DNA from: Vulcanimicrobiota bacterium
GTDB taxonomy: Bacteria; Vulcanimicrobiota; Vulcanimicrobiia; Vulcanimicrobiales; Vulcanimicrobiaceae
DNA length: 64,000 nt
Reading direction: 5' to 3'
Assembly: GCA_963812155.1 (NCBI GenBank)
Contig: CAWETW010000004.1
Span: forward strand, 96,001-160,000
This document shows positions 1-9,111 of this stretch, in pieces. Position 1 is the first letter of the stretch, and every line of letters begins with the position of its first letter. The notes under the pieces are model-generated. The model had not been told where the DNA came from. It saw only the letters and a list, made by a program, of their open reading frames with translations, and ran no database searches. A program made the position numbers and the translations under genes.

Positions 1-467
1 AACTTCCCGACGGCACGATCGTTCCCGACTACTACGTGCGCGAATCGTACGGCTTCGTGATGGCATTTCCGGTGACGCCGGACGAGCGCATCGTGCTCGT
101 GCGCCAATATCGCTACGGAACCGACGCAATCCATCTCGAGCTTCCCGCCGGCACGCTCGACGCCGGCGAAATTCCGCTGGACTGCGCGCGCCGCGAACTT
201 TTGGAAGAAACCGGTTACGAGGCGCCGGACTGGAGTTTTCTCGGCACGTACTTTCCGGAGCCGGCGCGCGCGACGTCGCTGGCGCGAATCTTCCTGGCGA
301 CCGGCGCGCGCAAAGTGTGCGAGCCGCATCTCGACCCCACCGAAGTGCTGGACGTGGAGCTCGCGACGTTCGACGACTTTCGCAGGATGCTCCGCGATGG
401 CCGGATCGACGCCGGACACGCGCTGATTGCAGGATACCGCGCGCTCGACGTTCTCGGTAAACTCTAG
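1..467 (+). CDS. NUDIX hydrolase (ADP-ribose pyrophosphatase-like), 5' end outside window
   Basis: Nudix box GTLDAGEIPLDCARRELLEETGY; frame is open back to the window start. Confidence 0.9.
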   Translation, partial: LPDGTIVPDYYVRESYGFVMAFPVTPDERIVLVRQYRYGTDAIHLELPAGTLDAGEIPLDCARRELLEETGYEAPDWSFLGTYFPEPARATSLARIFLATGARKVCEPHLDPTEVLDVELATFDDFRRMLRDGRIDAGHALIAGYRALDVLGKL

Positions 468-472
468 GGAGA

Positions 473-1279
473 CTAGGCGTGCGCGGATGAATCCGACTGC
501 AGCTGCGAGCTTCGTCTCTTGGCGGACGGTTTGATACTGCTCGCCTTGTTCGCTGCGCATCATCGACGCTTCCGTCACCGACGTCGGCAGCGTTCTATTG
601 AAATCGTAAACGATCGTTCCCGTAATGTCCGACGTGAGCGGCCTCGATCCGTTCGCCTTTTCGACCCGCGTCTCGTCGATCGTCATGATGCCGTTGGCAT
701 TCTTGGCGATCGTGAAATCCGACGTCGTCGTATTCGACGCGCCGCTTTGCACGCGCTGCCAATGGCGCGTAGCATCGAGCGCAGCCGGATCGACGAAGTT
801 CGAGCCTAAAAAGCGCAGCAGCGCAAGTTCTTCCTCGTTGATTTTCTTGTTGGGATCGCACACGACGGTGAGATCGCCGTAGACGACGCAAGTCGCGGCC
901 GGTGCGGAACGCCGCTCGAGGGCCCGCTCGCTGACGTCGACGACGAGACCGCCATCGGACTGCCGGCGCGTCACGTCGACTGAAATCGTTCCGCGATCAC
1001 TGATACCACCTTGGAAACTCGTGATACCGGAGCCGTTTCCATTGGTCCCGGAGGGAGACCGTCCATCTGTCCCCCACCGGATCCGCCGTTTCCAGCGACG
1101 CCGTCGGGCAGACCCGAAACGTGCACTTCGGTGTTATTGGTCGTTCCCCACGTGAACGCGTAGACGAGATGCCGGGTTTGCGCCACGGTGGTTACGGCGT
1201 GTGCGGCCGGGGTTGCAGCCAACGCAATCAACAGCATGCTCGTTGCGAAGGAAAGAAACTGCCGATTGATCATATCCAT
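473..1279 (-). CDS. Secreted hypothetical protein, tandem paralog 1 (frameshifted near 1030-1060 and ~505)
   Basis: Signal peptide then RHLVYAFTWGT; 3' half nearly identical to 1314..2093; TAG at 473-475 after correcting a 1-bp insertion. Confidence 0.75.
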
Positions 1280-1736
1280 CCTTCCTCGTGCCGCGCGATC
1301 CTTGCGCGCCTGCTCAAGAGTGCGACGATGAATCCGACTGCAGCTGGAGCGTCGTCTCTTGGCGGACGGTTTGATACTGCTCGCCTTGTTCGCTGCGCAT
1401 CATCGACGCTTCCGTCACCGACGTCGGCAGCGTTCTATTGAAATCGTAAACGATCGTTCCCGTAATGTCCGACGTGAGCGGCCTCGATCCGTTCGCCTTT
1501 TCGACCCGCGTCTCGTCGATCGTCATGATGCCGTTGGCATTCTTGGCGATCGTGAAATCCGACGTCGTCGTATTCGACGCGCCGCTTTGCACGCGCTGCC
1601 AATGGCGCGTAGCATCGAGCGCAGCCGGATCGACGAAGTTCGAGCCTAAAAAGCGCAGCAGCGCAAGTTCTTCCTCGTTGATTTTCTTGTTGGGATCGCA
1701 CACGACGGTGAGATCGCCGTAGACGACGCAAGTCGC
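512..1736. repeat. Exact 385-bp direct repeat, 512-896 = 1352-1736 (offset 840)
   Basis: Line-by-line identity; identical translated ORFs at 519/1359 and 625/1465. Confidence 0.95.
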
Positions 1737-2093
1737 CGCCGATGCCGAACGTTGCCCCGTCGCCTGCTCGCTGATGCCGACGACGAGACCGCCGTCGGAT
1801 TGCTGGCGTTGGACGTCGACTGAAATCGTTCCGCGATCGCTCGCGCCGCCGCTCGACGTTGCCGTACCTGAAGCCGAACCGTGATCCGACATTCCACCGG
1901 CGCCGGTGGGATTGCCCACGCTGGCCATTCCCGAGGTCTGGACCTCGGTGGTATTGCTGGTTCCCCACGTAAAAGCGTAGACGAGGTGGCGGACTTGAGG
2001 AGAACTCGTGACGGCGATCGCGGGAGCCGCATACGAAAACGCAGCCGCTGCCGCAATCGCAGCGAGGCCGTTCCGAAGCTTTCGGTCGCTCAT
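1314..2093 (-). CDS. Secreted hypothetical protein, tandem paralog 2
   Basis: 259-aa ORF with signal peptide, RHLVYAFTWGT and CVVYGDLTVVCDPN motifs. Confidence 0.85.
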   Translation of the reverse strand: MSDRKLRNGLAAIAAAAAFSYAAPAIAVTSSPQVRHLVYAFTWGTSNTTEVQTSGMASVGNPTGAGGMSDHGSASGTATSSGGASDRGTISVDVQRQQSDGGLVVGISEQATGQRSASAATCVVYGDLTVVCDPNKKINEEELALLRFLGSNFVDPAALDATRHWQRVQSGASNTTTSDFTIAKNANGIMTIDETRVEKANGSRPLTSDITGTIVYDFNRTLPTSVTEASMMRSEQGEQYQTVRQETTLQLQSDSSSHS

Positions 2094-2887
2094 CCCTTGG
2101 CCTGCGAATCCGATTGCAGGTGCAGCACGGTCTGCGTCTTCACGGTATCGTACTCGCCCATCGACGCTTGGCTTCGCTCGATCGTGTACTCGTCGACGCT
2201 CGTCGGAACGAAACGGCCGAAATCGTAGCCGATCGTCGTATTCGCGGAGATCGTCGATACCTCGGGCTGCTGTTGTTTGACCACGCGATTTTCGTCGATC
2301 ATCATGATGCCGTTGTCGTTCTTCGCAATCGTAAAGTTGGAGACGAGCGAATATTGCGGCGTGGCATCTTCAATCTGCCAGTGGTGCGCCGCATCTAGGC
2401 GATCGGCATCGACGAACGTCGGCGCCAAAAACCGGATGAGCGCCATTTCCTCGGGATTGACCGTCACGTTGGGGTCGCAAATGACGCCGGTCGTGGGATA
2501 GACGACGCAGGCGGCCGGCGGCGTCGAACGAGTCTTTTGGGCTTGCTCGCTCACCTTGATGACGACGCCCTTGTCGGGTTGCTGGGAGACGATGTCGACG
2601 CTGATGGTCCCCTGGTCGCCGATGCCGCCGCTGAAATTGGCGACGCCGGTGCTGCCGGACTCGCCGCTCTGCAGCGTCGGGCTTCCGCCGCCGATGCCGG
2701 ACGTCATGACCTCGCGGCTAGTCTGGGTTCCCCACGTGAACGAGTAGACGAGGTGGCGCACCTGCGGGCTCACCGTAACGGCTAAGGCCGGCGCTCCCGT
2801 GAGGACCAATGACGCTGCCAGCGCCGCTGGAGCGGCGACGACCATGACTCGCACGAACGATAATTTTTCGGGCGGCGGGATACGCAC
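2090..2887 (-). CDS. Secreted hypothetical protein, tandem paralog 3
   Basis: 265-aa ORF with RHLVYSFTWGT and CVVYPTTGVICDPN; ATGA overlap with paralog 2. Confidence 0.85.
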   Translation of the reverse strand: MRIPPPEKLSFVRVMVVAAPAALAASLVLTGAPALAVTVSPQVRHLVYSFTWGTQTSREVMTSGIGGGSPTLQSGESGSTGVANFSGGIGDQGTISVDIVSQQPDKGVVIKVSEQAQKTRSTPPAACVVYPTTGVICDPNVTVNPEEMALIRFLAPTFVDADRLDAAHHWQIEDATPQYSLVSNFTIAKNDNGIMMIDENRVVKQQQPEVSTISANTTIGYDFGRFVPTSVDEYTIERSQASMGEYDTVKTQTVLHLQSDSQAKG

Positions 2888-2961
2888 CTTCAGAGGCCGC
2901 GGATGAAACCTGACCCTCCGGGGCCGGTACCAGATGGAAGAAAGGACTCGTCGAAGACTAC

Positions 2962-3150
2962 ATGCATCCCGCGCTCGCGCTCTTCCTTAAAGCCACCATC
3001 GTGGTTGCGGTGGCCATCGTCTTGGTCTTCATCCTCGCATTCCTGGTGAAGGTCTTCGTCGTGGCGGCCATCGTTGCGGCGCTGGCCGTCGGCGCCTTCC
3101 TGGTGTTCAACTTCTTCCGCCGCCGGTCCAGCCTTCCGGTCATTCGCTGA
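2962..3150 (+). CDS. Small membrane protein (about 2 TM helices)
   Basis: 62 aa, hydrophobic, basic C-terminus, upstream AAGGA. Confidence 0.7.
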   Translation: MHPALALFLKATIVVAVAIVLVFILAFLVKVFVVAAIVAALAVGAFLVFNFFRRRSSLPVIR

Positions 3151-3937
3151 GCCAGGCGCCGAGCGCGCCGGCCAGCGTTTCGGGCTCCTCCAACATCGGC
3201 AGGTGCCCGCTCTGCTCACAAATGACGGCGCGGCCGCGTGGAAACGCGGCCGCATTCGCACGCGCCTCTTCGATAGGAATCACTGCGTCGGCACCGCCGG
3301 CGACGATCCATGCCGGCACGTCGAGGTCGGAGGCAATATCCTCCGCAGCCGAACGCAGCGCCATTCCGCGCAACAGCGCTGCTGCGCCCGCCGGCGGAAC
3401 GTGCGATGCGATCGTGCGGACGCGATCGACGAGATCCGGACGCGATTGCAACGTACGCGCTGCGAACATTCGCGGGACGATCGCATCCACGACGGGTTGC
3501 ACCGAATTCTCGCGCTCGACACGATCGGCGAGATCGCGGCGCGCAGCGGCTTGCTCCGGCGTGTCGGCTGCAAGCCTGCTGCAGATCAGTGCGATGCGTG
3601 AGACCCGTTCGGAGAACATGCGCGCGAACGCCATCGCGACGTATCCACCCAACGAGTGACCCGCGACGGCGGCGCGTTCGATGCCGAGGGCATCGAGTGC
3701 GGCCGCGACGTCGGCGGCGAGCCGCTCCATCAAATACGGACCGTTGACGCGCTCCGCTTTCACCGTTCCACGAAGGTTCGGACGCACGACACGACAGTGT
3801 TGCGCGAGCGTTGCGGCCTGTTCGTCCCACACTTCGCGCGTCAACGGAAATCCCGCAATCAAGACGACTGCTGCACCGATCGAACCGTCAACACGCACGT
3901 CGACGCGAACGCCGTCATCGGCCAAAACTTGCATCAT
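3140..3937 (-). CDS. Alpha/beta fold hydrolase
   Basis: GHSLGG nucleophile elbow, GGAD and SGHL catalytic motifs; start moved to MMQVL. Confidence 0.9.
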   Translation of the reverse strand: MMQVLADDGVRVDVRVDGSIGAAVVLIAGFPLTREVWDEQAATLAQHCRVVRPNLRGTVKAERVNGPYLMERLAADVAAALDALGIERAAVAGHSLGGYVAMAFARMFSERVSRIALICSRLAADTPEQAAARRDLADRVERENSVQPVVDAIVPRMFAARTLQSRPDLVDRVRTIASHVPPAGAAALLRGMALRSAAEDIASDLDVPAWIVAGGADAVIPIEEARANAAAFPRGRAVICEQSGHLPMLEEPETLAGALGAWLSE

Positions 3938-4011
3938 CGCTCGTAATACTGTATAAGGAAGGCAACAACCCTGGTCGGTTTTCGACCGGAGAAAGGATGA
4001 CTCCACACAGA

Positions 4012-4326
4012 ATGGCAGTCAAACGTACCCGTAGAAAGGCCGCCGCGAAAGCTGCGCCGGCTGCGAAGAAGCGCGCCGTGCGTAAAGCCGTGCGCAAGGT
4101 TCGCAAGGCCGTGCGCCGCAAGGCGGTCCGCAAGAAAGCGACGCGACGAAAAGGCGTGCGCAAGGTTCGAAAAGCGGCCCGCAAGGTTCGCAAAGCCACC
4201 CGCAAGGTGGCTCGCAAGCGCCGCAAAGTTGCGCGAAAAGTGGGCCGCAAGGTCCGCAAAGCCACCCGCAAGGTGGCCCGCAAGCGCCGCAAAGTCACTC
4301 GCCGCAAGAAAGCCGCCGCAGCCTAA
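4012..4326 (+). CDS. Histone H1-like Lys/Arg-rich nucleoid-associated protein
   Basis: Repeating VRKA/TRKVARKRRK units with no acidic residues; followed by a terminator; start could be 3997. Confidence 0.8.
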   Translation: MAVKRTRRKAAAKAAPAAKKRAVRKAVRKVRKAVRRKAVRKKATRRKGVRKVRKAARKVRKATRKVARKRRKVARKVGRKVRKATRKVARKRRKVTRRKKAAAA

Positions 4327-4349
4327 GCTCAGCGGTCTTTTTTATGGGC

Positions 4350-4386
4350 AGCGAGTCGCGCGCACACCGCGCGGCTCGCTTTTTTT
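4350..4386 (+). terminator. Rho-independent terminator
   Basis: AGCGAGTCGCGCG / CGCGCGGCTCGCT stem followed by a T tract. Confidence 0.8.
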
Positions 4387-4488
4387 AAGAAGCCGAGATT
4401 CCGCTCGTATCTTTGTCGCCTCGGGCCTTGTGTACCATAGTACACGGCGTCCCTCGGCTTCGCGATTCAGACGGAATCTCGGCTTCTT
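4387..4488 (-). repeat. ~100-bp palindromic intergenic element (MITE/RPE-like), divergent copy
   Basis: 17-bp terminal inverted repeat AAGAAGCCGAGATTCCG; central GTGTAC-TATG-GTACAC hairpin; same architecture as the 45.2 and 54.2 kb elements. Confidence 0.65.
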
Positions 4489-4494
4489 GTTTCG

Positions 4495-5736
4495 TCAGGC
4501 TTTGCGAACGTCGGGTTGTGTGAACCAAATGACCAGGAACGTCAGCGCGCACAGCGCTCCGGCGATGGCAAACATTTGATGCAACCCGACGAGCGCCGCC
4601 AGCGCGCCGTCAATGAGCGATCCGGCCGGCACGAAACCGATGGCGATCATCGTATAGACCGCCAACGCGCGACCGCGAACCGCGTCCGGAGAAAGCGTTT
4701 GAATCAACGTGTTGGATGCGCCCAGCAGTGTCATCGTCCCGACGCCCGTAAGGAACAGGACCGGCAGCATTACCGAAAGCGACGGAACGAGCGCCAGCGC
4801 GACGATCCCGCACGACATCAGCAATCCCGCTTGCAGCCAAAGCCGCGCGCGGCGCTCGCGCTGAGCGAAGTACGCCGTGAGCAGCGCGCCGCCGAAACCG
4901 CCCAAGCCGATCGCCGACACCGCCCATCCTAATCCGCTCGCTCCGGCGTGCAGCACGTTCTCGGTGAACGCCGGAATCAACTGACTGTACGGACGAGCCA
5001 GAATCGCCGATACGAAAAAAGCGAGCACGATCCAGCGCAGCACCGGATCGCGCGCGAGAAAGACGACGCCTTGACGCATCGCATACAGCATCGGCTCTCG
5101 CCGCTTCGCCGACGGTGGCGACGGCCGCATGGCGAACACGGCGGCGACCACCGCGAGCGTCAGGACCGCATTGACGTAGAACGAGCCCGCAATGCCGACC
5201 CACACGATCAGCACGCCGGCGATCGCCGGTCCGATGACCGCAGGGGCGTTGAACGCGACGGAGTTGAGCCCGACCGCGTTGCCGACGTACTGGCGATCCA
5301 CCAGCAGCGGAACCCAACTCTGCCGGGTCGGCGCGTCGAACGCGTTGGCAGCGGAGTTGAGCGCCGAAATCAGCACGAGCCCGACCATGTCGAGCCGATT
5401 GGTGCTCGCGAGCAGCGCCAGCAACAGCGCGGCAAAGGCCATCGTCGAATTCGTGACGACCAGCACCCGGCGCCGCGGCAACTCGTCGGCGACGACGCCG
5501 GCGACCGGCGATAGGAGAATCACGGGTATCGCGCGCGACGCGCCCAAGAAGCCGAGGTCGAGTGCGGCGGCGTGCGGCGATCCGGCGATGCGGGCGACGA
5601 GAAACCCCATCGCGGTGAACTGCATCCAGGTCCCCACGTTGGAAATCATGAGGCCCATCCAGAGCAGGCGGTAGTCGCGGAAGCGCAACGCCGCGAACAG
5701 CGAGACGGACCGCTTTGGGGCCGGCTGTTCGATCAC
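4495..5736 (-). CDS. MFS transporter (MFS_3/DHA3-like)
   Basis: FAALRFRDYRLLW N-terminus, GVVADELPRRR motif A, about 12 TM; GTG start overlaps the upstream stop. Confidence 0.9.
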   Translation of the reverse strand: MIEQPAPKRSVSLFAALRFRDYRLLWMGLMISNVGTWMQFTAMGFLVARIAGSPHAAALDLGFLGASRAIPVILLSPVAGVVADELPRRRVLVVTNSTMAFAALLLALLASTNRLDMVGLVLISALNSAANAFDAPTRQSWVPLLVDRQYVGNAVGLNSVAFNAPAVIGPAIAGVLIVWVGIAGSFYVNAVLTLAVVAAVFAMRPSPPSAKRREPMLYAMRQGVVFLARDPVLRWIVLAFFVSAILARPYSQLIPAFTENVLHAGASGLGWAVSAIGLGGFGGALLTAYFAQRERRARLWLQAGLLMSCGIVALALVPSLSVMLPVLFLTGVGTMTLLGASNTLIQTLSPDAVRGRALAVYTMIAIGFVPAGSLIDGALAALVGLHQMFAIAGALCALTFLVIWFTQPDVRKA

Positions 5737-6347
5737 GGAGTTCCGCAGGTGCGCAGGGCCGTGACGATGATGGCGGCGCATTGCGATTCGTCGAAGCGAG
5801 ACGTGTCGACGCACAGGTCGTAGTTGGCCGGATCTCCGAAACGAGCGCCGTACCAGTCGCTCAAATACGCGGCGCGCATGCGATCTACGCGCTCGACTTC
5901 CGCTTCGGTCGTCTTGCGATCGGTTCCGAACGCCGCCATCACGTGCGCGATTCGCCATTCGCGCGGCGCGTGCAGGAAGACGCGCAGGAGTCCCGGCGCG
6001 TCCTTGAGGATGACGCCGGCCCCGCGGCCGACGATGACGACGTTGCCGCGCGCGGCATACTCGCGCACCGCGTCCTGCACGGCCTCGAGCAGCGCTCGAT
6101 CGAACGGCGGCACGGTCGACGAAACGGCCAGCTCGGGCGTCGCGCGTTCCAGGCTCGTGAGCCAGCGCTCGCCCAGCGTCCGCGCCGTATCTTCGTTGGC
6201 CTCGACTTCTTCGGGCGAGATGCCGAATCGCTTGGCGACGACCACCGGCAGTTGGCGATCGACGCACTCGTAGCCGAGCTCGCCCGCGACGCGCGCGGCG
6301 ATCGCGATGGCACCGGCGCCGTATTCGTTCGAGACGGTCACGACCAC
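5733..6347 (-). CDS. Cytidylate kinase-like family protein
   Basis: VTVSNEYGAGA, VIVGRGA and YDLCVDTS motifs. Confidence 0.85.
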   Translation of the reverse strand: MVVTVSNEYGAGAIAIAARVAGELGYECVDRQLPVVVAKRFGISPEEVEANEDTARTLGERWLTSLERATPELAVSSTVPPFDRALLEAVQDAVREYAARGNVVIVGRGAGVILKDAPGLLRVFLHAPREWRIAHVMAAFGTDRKTTEAEVERVDRMRAAYLSDWYGARFGDPANYDLCVDTSRFDESQCAAIIVTALRTCGTP

Positions 6348-6384
6348 GGAAGGGGTGTACGCAATCGCGCCGGATAGGCCCTAG

Positions 6385-7384
6385 GTGGCTGCGATCATCG
6401 AGACGCACGATCTGCGCAAAGTCTTTCGAACCGTCAAGCGCGTGCCCGGACCGCTCGGGGCGTTGCGCACGCTCTTCTCGCGCGCGTACGAAGATCGCGT
6501 CGCCGTCTCGGGCGTCACGATGTCGCTCGAACCGGGCGAACTCGTCGGCTACATCGGCCCCAACGGCGCCGGCAAATCCACGACGATCAAAATGCTCACC
6601 GGCATTTTGGTCCCGACGGCCGGCACCGTGCGCGTCGCCGGGCTGATCCCCTGGGAACGCCGTCAAGCGCAACGCTCGCAATATCGGCGTCGTCTTCGGC
6701 CAGCGCAGCCAGCTTTATTGGGATCTGCCGCTGATCGAATCGTTCGAACTGCTGCGCGCGATCTACGCCATTCCCCGGGACCGCTACGCACGCAACTTGG
6801 CCGAATTCACGTCCATGCTGGAGATGGACGAATTTCTGCGCACGCCGGTGCGGCAGCTTTCGCTCGGACAGCGGATGCGCGGAGATTTCGCCGCGGCCTT
6901 GCTGCACGATCCGCCGATCGTCTATCTCGACGAGCCGACCATCGGCCTCGACGTCGTGGCCAAGGACGCGATCACGGCATTCATCGCCCGCATCAATGCC
7001 CAACGCGGGACGACGATCGTGCTCACGACCCACGACCTGGCCGAGGTCGAGCGTCTCTGCCGCCGGATCGTGCTGATCGATCGCGGCGCCATCGTCTACG
7101 ACGGCGGAATCGAGCGCATCAAAAGCGAGTACGGGCGCTTTCGCACGCTGGTCGTGCACTTTTGCGATCCGGTCGAGCATCCGCACCTCGACGGCACCGA
7201 GATGGTCGGTGTGGACGGAATGCGCGCTCGTTTCCGTTTCGATCGCAACCTGCAGCGGGTCGACGCGCTGGTGCGCGAAGCCAGCGAACGGTATCGCGTC
7301 GAGGACGTGACTATCGAGGAGCCGGACCTCGAATCGATCATCCGGCGGATTTACGTGGAAGGCTACCGGGAGGCTGCGCTGTGA
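6385..7384 (+). CDS. ABC transporter ATP-binding protein (frameshift ~6665)
   Basis: Walker A GPNGAGKST in one frame; LSLGQ signature and YLDEPT Walker B in the next. Confidence 0.9.
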
Positions 7385-8136
7385 TCGTATCGAGCAATGC
7401 GAAGAAACCGAAGATTCACGCGAGCGCGTACGTGGCGCCGAGCGCAACCGTCGCCGGCGACGTCACGATCGGTTCCGGCTGCGCGGTGCTGCACGGCGCG
7501 GTCGTCGTTTCGGAGGGTGCGCCGGTCACGATCGGTTCCGATACGGTCATTATGGAAAACGCCGTGATCAAAGCGAGCGGCGGAAAGGCGTTGCAGTTTC
7601 CCTTGTCGCTCGGCGAACGCTGCCTCGTCGGCCCGCATGCCTACGTGGTCGGAGCGACGGTCGGCGAAGGCTGCTTCCTCGCTGCGGGCAGCAAGATTTT
7701 CAACGGCGCCACGCTCGAAAACGGCTGCGGCGTCGCGCTGGGCGGCATCGTGCACGTCAACGCGCGGCTGACCGAAGGGACGAGCGTTCCAATGATGCAC
7801 ATCGCGTGCGGCGATCCGGCGACGATCTACCCGCCGGACCGCGCGCCCGAAGTGCACGGGCTGATTTCGTTTTACGAAACCGTGTTCAATCTCGAGCCCG
7901 GCGACGACGTGCGCGCGCGTGCCGCCGAAACGTATGCAAAATTCCTGCGCAAGACGCACGCGCGGGACGCGTCCTTGGGCGAGCACCAAGCCCGCCCGGC
8001 AACGCGCCGTTCCGGCGAGGAGCCGCCGCCGACGCAAGCCACCGAAGTGGACAAGGTCGTGGACGTGATGATGATCGAGCTCGAAGAGATGGAGCACCGC
8101 CGCCAGGAAGCGGTCAAACGGCAGAAGGGGCGTTAG
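7381..8136 (+). CDS. Gamma carbonic anhydrase / hexapeptide-repeat family protein
   Basis: PKIHASAYVAPSATVAGDVTIG left-handed beta-helix; GTGA overlap with the ATPase gene. Confidence 0.85.
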   Translation: MIVSSNAKKPKIHASAYVAPSATVAGDVTIGSGCAVLHGAVVVSEGAPVTIGSDTVIMENAVIKASGGKALQFPLSLGERCLVGPHAYVVGATVGEGCFLAAGSKIFNGATLENGCGVALGGIVHVNARLTEGTSVPMMHIACGDPATIYPPDRAPEVHGLISFYETVFNLEPGDDVRARAAETYAKFLRKTHARDASLGEHQARPATRRSGEEPPPTQATEVDKVVDVMMIELEEMEHRRQEAVKRQKGR

Positions 8137-8150
8137 CGATCGTCAATTCG

Positions 8151-8957
8151 ATGCCGCCGCTGCAGACGGCACTCGCTCCCTACGTCGAGTTTGCGAAGAA
8201 AGCGTTCGCCCGCGAGGCCACCTACCGGATGGAGGTGCTCGCGGAGGTCGGATCGCTCGTCCTTCGCGTGTACATCCTTCGCTCGCTCTGGACGGCGCTC
8301 TACGCGCAAAACGCGGCGCCGCTCGATTTGCCGCTCCATTCCATGATCACCTACGCGACCGTCGCGATGCTCATGTCGCTCGTCTTGGAGGTCGACGGCA
8401 CCCGGCTGATTCGCGAGAAAATCCGCGAGGGCACGATTGCAACCGATCTGATGAAGCCGATCTCGCTGCCCCTCTACTTCTTCAGCGACGGTGTCGGCCA
8501 GACGGTGCTGCACGCCGTGCTGGTCGTGCCGTCGCTTCTCTGCTCGCTGCTGCTCGTGCACATCGACGTGCCGCCGGCGCCTGTCTTCGGGGCGTTCCTC
8601 GTGGCGTTTTCGATCGGCTACTGCGTCAACTTCTTCCTGAACTTCCTGATGAACTCGATCGCCTTCTGGACGCTCGAGACGTTTGCCGTCCAGCTCATCG
8701 TGCGATGGGCCTCCGACCTGCTCTCCGGACAAGTCATTCCCTTGACGTTCTTTCCGGGCATCCTCGGACGAATCGTCTTCGCGTTGCCGTTTGCCGCCAT
8801 CTACTCGACGCCGCTGCTCATCTACGTCGGGATCATTCCTCCGAGCGGGTATCTCGCGAGCTTCGCAATTCAATTGATGTGGCTCGTGCTGTTCGCCGCG
8901 CTGTCGGCGTTCGTGTGGCGCGCCGCCGCGCGAAAGGTCGTCATTCAAGGCGGTTAG
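8151..8957 (+). CDS. ABC-2 family permease (DUF990-like)
   Basis: YR motif, IREGTIATDLMKP, LSGQVIPL, C-terminal VIQGG. Confidence 0.85.
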   Translation: MPPLQTALAPYVEFAKKAFAREATYRMEVLAEVGSLVLRVYILRSLWTALYAQNAAPLDLPLHSMITYATVAMLMSLVLEVDGTRLIREKIREGTIATDLMKPISLPLYFFSDGVGQTVLHAVLVVPSLLCSLLLVHIDVPPAPVFGAFLVAFSIGYCVNFFLNFLMNSIAFWTLETFAVQLIVRWASDLLSGQVIPLTFFPGILGRIVFALPFAAIYSTPLLIYVGIIPPSGYLASFAIQLMWLVLFAALSAFVWRAAARKVVIQGG

Positions 8958-9111
8958 CAACCGGGCGCCGCAGTTCGCCGCGCAATTCTGAAAAATTATC
9001 AACGCGCGTTGCGCGCTCGTCAGCAATTGTCAACGCGCTTGTGGTTTCACAATCGTTGATACACCAAAAATCGCTCCGGTATATAGTAGCGCTACTGGAG
9101 GAACCATACGC

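Noticed and set aside
512..1736. Diversity-generating retroelement TR/VR pair
   Set aside because: The copies are identical with no adenine-specific mismatches, and there is no reverse transcriptase in the window.
4495..6681. 728-aa ORF
   Set aside because: Only the C-terminal MFS part is real; the rest overlaps other genes out of frame or antisense.
6385..8136. 583-aa ABC ATPase / gamma-CA fusion ORF
   Set aside because: Artefact of the frameshift near 6665; the middle of the ORF is off-frame.
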